The notes under the pieces were generated by a model that worked only from the letters and a program-made list of their open reading frames with translations, searched no databases and had not been told where the DNA came from. A stretch of DNA of 53,806 nucleotides from Betaproteobacteria bacterium RIFCSPLOWO2_12_FULL_64_23 (GTDB lineage: Bacteria; Pseudomonadota; Gammaproteobacteria; Burkholderiales; SG8-39). Location: the NCBI GenBank assembly GCA_001770575.1, contig MERK01000111.1, positions 1 through 53,806 of the forward strand. The letters are read 5' to 3'. The number at the start of each line of letters is the position of its first letter. Positions within the stretch are counted from its first letter, which is position 1. Below, piece after piece: positions 27,041 to 35,482 of the stretch. The position numbers were made by a program, and so were the translations under genes.

Positions 27041-27510
27041 TCTCTCTTCGCGCCCTTGAACGAGGGCGGACGGCTGCGCCGCTTGGGCTCGGGCCGGTAG
27101 TGCTGGTTGACGAATTCGCCCAGCCAGTCGCACATGTCGCGCGGCATGGGCACCGTGTCCACCTGTTCGTCCGCGTCCATGAAGCGCGCCGCTTCGCCAT
27201 AGCTGACAGTGACAAATTTCGGCACGGCCAGGTCCTCCTCCATGCGCCAGACAATGAATACACAGGGTTGCGACGCCGACAGGTTGAGGTAGTAGTTCTC
27301 GGCTTCGTCGCGATGCAGTTCCAGCTGGAAGCCGCAGTGCAGCCATTGGGAACGCGCCGCGTCCTGCAGCAACACGCGCGGCGGCGCGGCGGCGCCGGGA
27401 TCCGGAATGATGCCGATGGCCTCCCAGGTCTGCGCCTGCCAGCGATTGGCGAGCGCGCGCCGCTCCATGATTACCGCGATGTGAAAAACCGGATGACCCA
27501 TATGCGACAA
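27037..27510 (-). CDS. DUF3305 domain protein
   Basis: 157 aa (…VIMERRALANRWQAQTWEAIGIIPD…YYLNLSASQPCVFIVWR…). The pairing with DUF3306 upstream of FDH genes is a known association. Confidence 0.7.
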   Translation of the reverse strand: MSHMGHPVFHIAVIMERRALANRWQAQTWEAIGIIPDPGAAAPPRVLLQDAARSQWLHCGFQLELHRDEAENYYLNLSASQPCVFIVWRMEEDLAVPKFVTVSYGEAARFMDADEQVDTVPMPRDMCDWLGEFVNQHYRPEPKRRSRPPSFKGAKRD

Positions 27511-27572
27511 CTATACTAGCGTAGCAGTCGCTCTGCTATCATATCCGGCGTGATTCAAATCGAAAAAGCCAC

Positions 27573-28667
27573 ATGACAGAAAGGGTTATCGCGCTGGTCG
27601 ACGCCGGGCGGCACAAGCCCTTGCCGCCCGTGACCGGTCCGGCCGCAAGCCCGGCGCAGGACAGGCTCGGCCGTGCGCTGCGCGACTTGCGCATTTCGGT
27701 CACCGACCGCTGCAATTTCCGTTGTGTCTATTGCATGCCCAAAGAAGTGTTCGGCAAGGACTACCCGTACCTGGCGCACAGCGAACTGCTGTCTTTCGAG
27801 GAAATCACGCGCCTGGCGAAAATCTTCGTGGACCAGGGCATCGAAAAAATCCGGCTCACCGGAGGAGAGCCGCTGCTGCGCAGGAACATCGAGCGCCTGA
27901 TCGAAATGCTGGCCGCGATCAGCCTGCCCAACGGCGAGAGCGTCGAGCTCACGCTCACCACCAACGCCTCGTTGCTCGCGAAAAAAGCGCGCGCGCTGAA
28001 AGACGCGGGCCTCGCGCGCGTCACCGTGAGCCTGGACGCGCTGGACGATCCGACCTTCATGGCCATGAACGACGCCGATTTCCCGGTGGCCAAAGTACTC
28101 GCGGGCATCGATGCCGCGGATGCGGCCGGCCTCGCGCCGGTGAAAATCAACATGGTGGTGAAGCGCGGCGTGAACGAGCATTCGATCCTGCCGATGGCGC
28201 GCCGGTTCAAGGGCTCGGGCCACGTGCTGCGCTTCATCGAGTTCATGGACGTGGGCGCGACCAACGGCTGGCGCATGGACGACGTGATTGCGTCGCGCGA
28301 GATCATCCGCATGCTGTCTGAGCACATGCCGATCGAGCCGATCGATCCCAATTATCCGGGCGAAGTCGCCGAGCGCTGGCGCTACCGCGACGGCTCGGGC
28401 GAGATCGGCGTCATCTCGTCGGTGACCCAGGCGTTCTGCCGCTCCTGCACCCGCGCCCGCATCTCCACCGAGGGCATGCTCTATACCTGCCTGTTCGCCA
28501 CTGCGGGTTACGATTTTCGCGACTTGCTGCGCGGCGGCAAGTCGGACGCGGAAATCCGCGCGGCCATCGCCGCCGTGTGGAGCGTGCGTGATGACCGCTA
28601 CTCGGAGATCCGCAGCGCGGAAACGGCGCCACAGCGCAAGATCGAAATGTCGTATATCGGCGGCTGA
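27573..28667 (+). CDS. moaA: GTP 3',8-cyclase MoaA (radical SAM)
   Basis: 364 aa with the canonical CNFRCVYC cluster motif, a C-terminal CxxCxnC auxiliary cluster ([19 protein letters not shown]) and a GG tail. Confidence 0.93.
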   Translation: MTERVIALVDAGRHKPLPPVTGPAASPAQDRLGRALRDLRISVTDRCNFRCVYCMPKEVFGKDYPYLAHSELLSFEEITRLAKIFVDQGIEKIRLTGGEPLLRRNIERLIEMLAAISLPNGESVELTLTTNASLLAKKARALKDAGLARVTVSLDALDDPTFMAMNDADFPVAKVLAGIDAADAAGLAPVKINMVVKRGVNEHSILPMARRFKGSGHVLRFIEFMDVGATNGWRMDDVIASREIIRMLSEHMPIEPIDPNYPGEVAERWRYRDGSGEIGVISSVTQAFCRSCTRARISTEGMLYTCLFATAGYDFRDLLRGGKSDAEIRAAIAAVWSVRDDRYSEIRSAETAPQRKIEMSYIGG

Positions 28668-28710
28668 CGATGCCGGCGCACCCAAGCTGCTGCCGCATGA
28701 CGACTTTGCC

Positions 28711-29583
28711 ATGAAGCCGCGCCATCGTCCTGAAATCACCCGCGCCAGCCGCCCGCTCACTTTCGAGGTCGAGGCCATCAACGAACGCGGTGAGATGGTG
28801 CCCACCGCCGTCGCCGGCGAAAACCCGCTTACGCTCTATGTCGACAAGCGCGAGATCGTCACGCTGATGACCCTGGGCCAGGCGCCGGAAGCGCTGGCCA
28901 TCGGCTACCTGCGCAACCAGCGGCTGGTGCAGTCGATCGAAGAAATCGCCGCGGTGCAGGTGGATTGGGAGACCGACTCGGTGGTGGTGACCACGCGCAA
29001 GGCCACGAGCGGGGAAGCGCGCGCGCGCGCGAAGGGCATGACGGACAAAATGAAAAAGCGCACCGTCACCACCGGCTGCGGCCAGGGCACGGTGTTCGGC
29101 GACCTGATGCAGGAAATCGACCAGGTGAAGCTGCGCGCTGATGTCCGCCTGTCCGAGGAAACGCTGTACGCGCTGATGCAACAGCTACGCCAGCATGAAA
29201 CCATCTACAAGACTGCCGGCGCGGTGCACGGCTGCGCCCTGGCGACAAACGAGCCGGGGGCCAGCCGCATTCTCAGCTTCGTCGAAGACGTGGGGCGCCA
29301 CAACGCCGTGGACGCGATCGCCGGGCAGATGTGGCTGGAGCGCATCGACGGCTCGGACAAGATTTTCTATACCACCGGGCGGCTCACCTCGGAAATGGTG
29401 ATCAAGGCGGCGCAGATGTCGATCCCGTTCCTGGTGTCGCGCTCCGGCCTGACGCAGATGGGCCATGCGATCGCCCAAAAGATAGGCATCACCATGGTCG
29501 GCCGCGCCAGCGGCAGGCATTACCTGCTGTTTACCGGCAAGCAGCGCTTCGTGAAACCGATCGGCCCGACTCTACTCGCATGA
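28711..29583 (+). CDS. fdhD: Formate dehydrogenase sulfurtransferase/accessory protein FdhD
   Basis: 290 aa from the ATG at 28711. FdhD pattern (...TGCGQGTVFG..., GAVHGCAL, GRHNAVDAIAG, SRSGLTQMG). Confidence 0.88.
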   Translation: MKPRHRPEITRASRPLTFEVEAINERGEMVPTAVAGENPLTLYVDKREIVTLMTLGQAPEALAIGYLRNQRLVQSIEEIAAVQVDWETDSVVVTTRKATSGEARARAKGMTDKMKKRTVTTGCGQGTVFGDLMQEIDQVKLRADVRLSEETLYALMQQLRQHETIYKTAGAVHGCALATNEPGASRILSFVEDVGRHNAVDAIAGQMWLERIDGSDKIFYTTGRLTSEMVIKAAQMSIPFLVSRSGLTQMGHAIAQKIGITMVGRASGRHYLLFTGKQRFVKPIGPTLLA

Positions 29584-30194
29584 GCGACAGTCCCATAAAT
29601 GCCGGGCGCATCAACCACACGGTCACCGGACTCATACTTGCCGGCGGTCAGGGCCGGCGCATGGGCGGCGTCGACAAGGGACTGGAGATTTTCCGCGGCA
29701 AGCGCCTGGTCGACCACGTCTACGAGCGGCTCGCGCCGCAAGTCGGCGGCGTCATCATCAATGCGAACCAGAATCACGACGCCTACAGGACTTTCGGCGT
29801 GCGCGTGGTGAGCGACGCCATCGGCAATTTCGCCGGCCCGCTCGCAGGCTTGCACGCCGGATTGTCCATCCTGCGCCGCCCCTATCTGGTCTCGGTGCCC
29901 TGCGACTCGCCGTTTCTGCCCGAGGATCTGGTCGCGCGCCTGTATGCGGGGCTCGACGGCGCGGGTGCGGACCTCGCGGTGGCCAGGACCGGCAACCAGC
30001 CGCAACCCGTGTTCTGCCTCGCGCGCAAGAGCGTGCTCGAACACCTCGGCCTTTTCCTCAAGGGCGGCGGGCGCAAGGTCGACGCCTGGTATGCGACGCT
30101 GCGCGTGGCCGAGGTGGCGTTCGACGACGAGGCGGACGCCTTTTACAATATCAATACCAGCGATGAACTCAGGGCGATTGAAACAGCACCATAG
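29580..30194 (+). CDS. mobA: Molybdenum cofactor guanylyltransferase MobA
   Basis: 204 aa from the ATG at 29580 (ATGA overlap with fdhD). Motif LILAGGQGRRMGGVDKGL and the MobA fold pattern. Confidence 0.9.
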   Translation: MSDSPINAGRINHTVTGLILAGGQGRRMGGVDKGLEIFRGKRLVDHVYERLAPQVGGVIINANQNHDAYRTFGVRVVSDAIGNFAGPLAGLHAGLSILRRPYLVSVPCDSPFLPEDLVARLYAGLDGAGADLAVARTGNQPQPVFCLARKSVLEHLGLFLKGGGRKVDAWYATLRVAEVAFDDEADAFYNINTSDELRAIETAP

Positions 30195-30207
30195 CCGCGC
30201 CATAGTC

Positions 30208-31473
30208 ATGAAATCCTTAATCGAGATTATCGGCTGCATCGACGACTACGACCCGGACGCGCTCGCAGTGGACCAGGCGCGCGCGGTCGTGCGTGCCTTC
30301 ATCACACCGGTCACCACCAATGAAAGGATTGCGCTGCGTGCAGGCCTCGGACGCGTACTGGGCGAGGACATCGTCTCCACGCTCGACGTGCCGGCGCACG
30401 ACAACTCCGCCATGGACGGCTATGCCCTGCGCCATGCCGACCTGAACGCCGAGGGCGAGACGGTGCTGCGCCTCGCCGGCAGCGCTTTTGCCGGACGCCG
30501 GTTTGACGCCGCCATCGGACCGGGCGAATGCGTGCGCATCATGACCGGCGCGGTAATGCCGGACGGAGCCGACACGGTGGTGATCCAGGAAATCGTCCAA
30601 GCCGAAGGCAACGAAGTGCGCGTCCCCGCGGGCCAGAAGCGCGGCCAGAACCGGCGTCTTGCCGGCGAGGATCTGGCCGTGGGCAAAGCGGTGCTTCGGG
30701 CGGGGAGATCCATAGGACCTGCCGAACTCGGCTTGCTCGCTTCCCTGGGAATGGCTGAAGTGACGGTGCGCCGGCGGCTGCGCGTGGCTTTTTTTTCCAC
30801 CGGTGACGAACTGTCACAGGTCGGCACGCCCCTCGCGCCGGGTCAGGTGTACGACAGCAACCGCTACACGCTGTACGGCATGCTGACGCGCCTGGGCTGC
30901 GACATTATCGACATGGGCGTGGTGCGCGACGATCCGGCCAGTCTGGAGCGCGCGCTCAAGACCGCGGCGGCCGACGCGGATGCCGTCATCACCTCGGGCG
31001 GCGTGTCCGTGGGAGAAGCCGATTTCATCAGGGAACTGCTGTCCCGGCTGGGCGAGGTCGTGTTCTGGAAAATCGCGATGAAACCGGGCCGGCCGATGGC
31101 GTTCGGCAGAATCGGCTCGGCCAGCTTCTTCGGCCTGCCGGGCAACCCGGTGGCGGTGATGGTGACCTTCTATCAGTTCGTGCGCGAATCGCTGCTCGTT
31201 CTGTCCGGCCGCACGGACGACTGCGCGCTGCCGCTGTTGCGCGTGCCCTGCACTGCCGCCATCAGGAAGAATCCGGGGCGCACCGAGTTCCAGCGCGGCA
31301 CCCTGTCGCGCGACGCTCAGGGGCAATGGAGCGCATGCCCGACCGGCGCACAAGGCTCGGGCGTGCTGCGCTCGATGGCGGAAGCCAACTGCTTCATCGT
31401 GCTCGAGCATGAGCGCGGCCCGGTCAAGCCGGGCGACCTGGTGCAGGTGCAGCTGTTCGATGGGTTGGTTTAG
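30208..31473 (+). CDS. moeA: MoeA paralog (copy 2), molybdopterin Mo/W insertase
   Basis: 421 aa from the ATG at 30208. Same motif set as copy 1 (AMDGYAL, TGDELS, SGGVSVGEADF, PGNPVA) but clearly divergent in sequence. Confidence 0.88.
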   Translation: MKSLIEIIGCIDDYDPDALAVDQARAVVRAFITPVTTNERIALRAGLGRVLGEDIVSTLDVPAHDNSAMDGYALRHADLNAEGETVLRLAGSAFAGRRFDAAIGPGECVRIMTGAVMPDGADTVVIQEIVQAEGNEVRVPAGQKRGQNRRLAGEDLAVGKAVLRAGRSIGPAELGLLASLGMAEVTVRRRLRVAFFSTGDELSQVGTPLAPGQVYDSNRYTLYGMLTRLGCDIIDMGVVRDDPASLERALKTAAADADAVITSGGVSVGEADFIRELLSRLGEVVFWKIAMKPGRPMAFGRIGSASFFGLPGNPVAVMVTFYQFVRESLLVLSGRTDDCALPLLRVPCTAAIRKNPGRTEFQRGTLSRDAQGQWSACPTGAQGSGVLRSMAEANCFIVLEHERGPVKPGDLVQVQLFDGLV

Positions 31474-31551
31474 CGCGCGACGGGCGTAGAACGGGGCGAA
31501 GCCCGCCGCGCGGCAAGCGCGACTCCAATTCGCGGGTGGTATCATCGGCGC

Positions 31552-32367
31552 ATGCGTCAGGTCTCTTCATTGCATCGCGGGTTTTCTCGCGTCCTCGGCG
31601 AGCTCGGAACGGCGTTTCTGGGAGGGGGCGCAAGCTGGTGGCGCGTATTCCATTTTGGCGCGCTCGCGCTGGTGATGGCGCTCTCGCCCGCGACCTACGA
31701 TAGAGAGAACCGTGCGGTGACGGCGAATCAGATCTATTTCACCGCCTGGCAGGTCCTGCCGTGGTTCACGCTCCTCGCCGCGCTGCTCAGCCTGGTGCTG
31801 ATCCGCATCGTCGTGGAGACCACCATGAGCTACGGCCTGTCGCAGTACGCGCTCGAAATGGTGGTGCGCGTGCTGGTGCTCGAGCTGATTCCGCTGTTCG
31901 CCGCGCTGTTTGTCGCGCTGCGCTCCGGCGCCGCGATCAACACCGAGGTCGCGCTGATGCACATCCGCGGCGACTTCGATGCGCTGCGGCGCGCGGGCGT
32001 CGACCCGCTGCGCCGCGAGCTGGTGCCGCGGGTGATCGGCAGCGCGGTATCGGTGGTGGCGCTGGCCGCCGTCAGCGGCGTCATCGCGCTCGCGCTCGCC
32101 TACATCGGCGTCTACGGTTTCTCTCCCTGGGGCTTCGCCGGCTACACCCGCATGGTCGGCCACGTGTTCGATCTGCAGGTCACGCTCGGACTCGCGCTGA
32201 AGACGCTGCTGTTCGGTCTCGCCGTGGCCGTGATCCCGATCACCGCCAGCCTGGAGACGCCGCGCGAAGTTCGTCTGGCGCCGGTGGCGGTGCTGCGCGG
32301 CATGGTGCGGCTGTTCCTGGTGCTGGTGCTGCTCGAGGGAGCGTCCTTGGCAGTCAAGTACATCTAG
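31552..32367 (+). CDS. MlaE-family ABC transporter permease
   Basis: 271 aa with about five TM segments and an MlaE/YrbE-like pattern (...ELIPLFAALFVALRSGAAINTEVALM...). Confidence 0.75.
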   Translation: MRQVSSLHRGFSRVLGELGTAFLGGGASWWRVFHFGALALVMALSPATYDRENRAVTANQIYFTAWQVLPWFTLLAALLSLVLIRIVVETTMSYGLSQYALEMVVRVLVLELIPLFAALFVALRSGAAINTEVALMHIRGDFDALRRAGVDPLRRELVPRVIGSAVSVVALAAVSGVIALALAYIGVYGFSPWGFAGYTRMVGHVFDLQVTLGLALKTLLFGLAVAVIPITASLETPREVRLAPVAVLRGMVRLFLVLVLLEGASLAVKYI

Positions 32368-32386
32368 GACGCATAAGGAACCAGGC

Positions 32387-33364
32387 ATGCTGCCCGAACC
32401 CCAACCCGCACCGGTGATTCCCCACGCCGAGTTCAAGGCGGCGCTGCTGCTCGCGCTGACGCTGGCGTTGATCAGCGGCTTTCTCGCCTATGTGATGTAC
32501 GCGCGCGGCGTATTCGCGAGCACGCAGCGGCTGGTACTGGTCGCGGACGACTCCGAAGGCGCCAAGGTCGGCATGGATCTGACCTTCTCCGGCTTTCCGA
32601 TCGGGCGCGTGCAGCGCATCGAACTCGCCGCGGACGGCAAAGCGCGCATCCTGATCGACGTGCCGCGCGAAGAAGCCCGCTGGCTGCGCACCTCCACCGT
32701 GTTCACCATGGAACGCGGCTTGGTCGGGGACACGCGTATCCGCGCCTACACCGGGGTGCTGGACGATCCGCCCCTGCCCGAAGGGGCGATGCGGCCGGTG
32801 CTGCGCGGCGACGCCAGCGCGGAGATCCCGCGCCTTATCGCTACCATGCGCGCCCTGCTCGAGAACCTGGAGCACATGTCGGGCGCCGAATCGAGCCTCA
32901 GTGCAAGCATCACCAACGTGCAGACGGTCACCGAACGCATGAAAGGCCGCTACGGCGCGCTGGCGGGTGTGCTCGGCAGCGGGGACAACGCAAGGAAAGT
33001 GATCACCGCGCTCGATCGCACCAATGCGCTGCTCGCATCCGTGGGCGAGGTGTCGGCCAAGCTGGACCGCATGATCGTCAAGGCCGACGAGCGGGTGTTC
33101 GGCGCGGCCGGCGTGATGGACGAGACGCAAAAGACCATCGTGCAGCTCAATGCGGTGCTGCGCGATGCGCGCGAGAGCCTGAAGAAAGCCGACGCAGTGC
33201 TCGCCGAGGCGCAGGCGGTCGGCGCGAACACGCGCGCGGCCACCACCGACCTCGCTGCCCTGCGCGCCGAGGTGGAGGCGAGCCTGCGCAAGGTCGCGCA
33301 CCTGGTGGACGAGATCAACCGCAAGTGGCCGTTTGCGCGCGACACGCAGCTGAAGCTGCCATGA
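32387..33364 (+). CDS. MlaD/MCE-domain protein
   Basis: 325 aa with an N-terminal TM anchor, an MCE domain (GMDLTFSGFPIGRVQRIEL...) and a long helical C-terminus. Confidence 0.75.
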   Translation: MLPEPQPAPVIPHAEFKAALLLALTLALISGFLAYVMYARGVFASTQRLVLVADDSEGAKVGMDLTFSGFPIGRVQRIELAADGKARILIDVPREEARWLRTSTVFTMERGLVGDTRIRAYTGVLDDPPLPEGAMRPVLRGDASAEIPRLIATMRALLENLEHMSGAESSLSASITNVQTVTERMKGRYGALAGVLGSGDNARKVITALDRTNALLASVGEVSAKLDRMIVKADERVFGAAGVMDETQKTIVQLNAVLRDARESLKKADAVLAEAQAVGANTRAATTDLAALRAEVEASLRKVAHLVDEINRKWPFARDTQLKLP

Positions 33365-34038
33365 GGGCGCTCCTCCCCGCCGCGCTGCTGCTGCTCGGCC
33401 TCGGTGTAGCCTCGCTGCTCGCCGCGTGCGCCGGCGCACCGGTGCCGCCTGACTGGCAGGCCAACGCGCAGGCCGCACTCAAGAATTTCTCGGCAGCGTA
33501 CTACGCCGGCAACACGCGCCTGGCCGCGCAGGAGTTCGCGCGCGCGCGCGCCGAGATTGCCAGCACCGGCCGTCCCGACCTGCTCGCGCGCGCCGAACTG
33601 CTGCGCTGCGCCGCGCGCGTGGCGAGCCTGGAATTCGACGCTTGCGCCGGGTTCGAGGCGCTCGCCGCGGACGCGGGCGTCGAGGAGCGCGCCTATGCCG
33701 CCTTTCTCGCCGGACGCTGGCAGGGCCTCGACGCGTCGCTCCTGCCGGCGCACCATCGCGCGCTGCTCGCGGGCGCAGCCGATGCCGGCGCGCTGGCCGG
33801 GATAGCGGACCCGATGTCGCGCCTGGTCGCCGCGGGCGTGCTGTTCCGCATGGGGCGCCTGGCGCCGGCGGGCATCGCCGCCGCCGCCGAAACCGCATCG
33901 GCCAACGGCTGGCGCCGGCCGCTGCTCGCCTGGCTGGGGGTGCAAGCCGCGCGCGCGGACGCGGCCGGCGATAGCGCCGCCGCCGCGCACATCCGCCGCC
34001 GCATCGAACTCGTGTTGACCAGCGCAGCCGCGCCCTGA
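33361..34038 (+). CDS. Ala-rich lipoprotein of unknown function
   Basis: 225 aa from the ATG at 33361 (ATGA overlap with the MCE gene). Lipobox LAAC (MRALLPAALLLLGLGVASLLAACAG). Confidence 0.6.
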   Translation: MRALLPAALLLLGLGVASLLAACAGAPVPPDWQANAQAALKNFSAAYYAGNTRLAAQEFARARAEIASTGRPDLLARAELLRCAARVASLEFDACAGFEALAADAGVEERAYAAFLAGRWQGLDASLLPAHHRALLAGAADAGALAGIADPMSRLVAAGVLFRMGRLAPAGIAAAAETASANGWRRPLLAWLGVQAARADAAGDSAAAAHIRRRIELVLTSAAAP

Positions 34039-34081
34039 CAGGCGCCCCTGGTACGAATGAAACGGGTGAATCCACACGGGC

Positions 34082-35197
34082 GTGGCGATGACGGCGCACA
34101 GCAATAGCCTGCGGAAACACGTCGCGAAGCTGCGTACGCTGTCCTTCAAGACAGGTGCCTACCGGCCGCCGAGCGAGGGGGGCAGCGGCTCCCTGCTGCT
34201 GCAGGTGAACGAAAATTGTCCGTGGAATCACTGCACCTTCTGTGAGATGTACAAGGGACACCGCTTCATCTATCGGCCTGCTGCGGAGATCAAGGCCGAT
34301 ATCGACCGGGTTGCGGCGATCCGCGATGAAATCACCGCGATGTCATGCAAGCTCGGCATGGGCGGGGAAATCAGCCGCGAGTTAGGGGTCGCCCTGCTCG
34401 CCGAGGGCCGCGACCTGCTCGAGAATTCCAGCTTCGTCACCGTTTTCAACTGGCTCTCCGGCGGCGGGAGAACGGCCTTCCTGCAGGATGCCGACAGCAT
34501 GAGCATGCGGCCGCGCGAGTTCATGGCGGTGCTGAAACACCTGCGGCACACGCTGCGCTCTCTGTCCCGGGTGACCACCTATACCCGTTCGAAAACACTG
34601 TTCAAGAGAAAGCCGGAGGAATTGCGCATGATCCGCGAGGCCGGTCTGGACCGCTTGCACATCGGTCTGGAAACCGGGGATGACGAAGTACTGGCCAGCG
34701 TGAACAAGGGAGTAACGGCAGCCGAGCAGATCGAAGGGGGGCGCAAGGCCATCGCCGCGGGTTTTCAGGTGTCAGAGTACTGGATGCCGGACCTGGGCGG
34801 TCGACAGCGCTGGCGCCAGCATGCGCAGAACACGGCCCGCGTGCTTTCGGCGATCAATCCCCACTATATTCGTTCCCGCCCGCTGGTGCCGCGGCCAGGA
34901 ACACCGCTCTACGAAGAAGTCGCGCAGGGACGCACGCACCTGTCCTCGCCGCATCAGCGCCTGGAGGAACTGGCATTGATGGTCGGCGGCCTCGATGTGA
35001 CGTCGAGGGTCTGCTTCGACCATGCGATGAACGCCTGGACGGACCGCCGCGGCGGTCTTCTGTTCCGGCAGGATTACGAAGGGTATCGTTTTCCGGAGGA
35101 AAAGCCGCTGCTGCTGGAACGGATCCAGGAAGGCTTGGCCGTCGAAGAATCGAGGCACGTCCATGTGCGCACGCTGATGGCCGCGCAATCCCTCTGA
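34082..35197 (+). CDS. Radical SAM superfamily protein with non-canonical Cx4Cx2C cluster motif
   Basis: 371 aa. N-terminal NENCPWNHCTFCEMYKG, followed by an Elp3/B12-less radical SAM-like core (..AFLQDADS.., ..LHIGLETGDDEVL..). Start is GTG 34082 or ATG 34088. Confidence 0.7.
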   Translation: MAMTAHSNSLRKHVAKLRTLSFKTGAYRPPSEGGSGSLLLQVNENCPWNHCTFCEMYKGHRFIYRPAAEIKADIDRVAAIRDEITAMSCKLGMGGEISRELGVALLAEGRDLLENSSFVTVFNWLSGGGRTAFLQDADSMSMRPREFMAVLKHLRHTLRSLSRVTTYTRSKTLFKRKPEELRMIREAGLDRLHIGLETGDDEVLASVNKGVTAAEQIEGGRKAIAAGFQVSEYWMPDLGGRQRWRQHAQNTARVLSAINPHYIRSRPLVPRPGTPLYEEVAQGRTHLSSPHQRLEELALMVGGLDVTSRVCFDHAMNAWTDRRGGLLFRQDYEGYRFPEEKPLLLERIQEGLAVEESRHVHVRTLMAAQSL

Positions 35198-35314
35198 ACC
35201 GCCGGCCCAGCAACATCAATGCGAACGAGCAATGGATTGCGCAACGTCAAGACGACCGCGCCCGTTCCAAGCTAGAATTTGCAGGTCACATCGCTGTCAG
35301 AGAAGGAGAATACC

Positions 35315-35472
35315 TTGGCCACCCGCGCACGGCAGCAATCTGCCAGCATCTCGCTTCGCCGTACCAAAGCGGGGGACATGGAATCGGTGGTCGCTTCGGG
35401 CTGCTAGAGTTCTTCTACGCCACCGGCTTCGAACGCTCGGAGCGCCTGTCGTTCGGCAAGCGGGTGAGCTAA
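35315..35472 (+). pseudogene. Possible remnant of a GNAT acetyltransferase gene (N- and C-terminal scraps in different frames)
   Basis: AAGGAG SD plus TTG 35315 opens a 29-codon frame (…ISLRRTKAGDMESVV…, like a GNAT N-terminus) that ends at TAG 35405. A +2 frame from 35401 reads LLEFFYATGFERSERLSFGKRVS*, like a GNAT C-terminus. Judged on sequence pattern only. Confidence 0.25.
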
Positions 35473-35482
35473 CCGCCCGGCT

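Noticed and set aside
27511-27572. Moco riboswitch upstream of moaA.
   Set aside because: Only 62 bp separate moaA from the divergent DUF3305 gene. This is far too short for the ~130-150 nt Moco RNA motif, and no conserved motif elements were seen.
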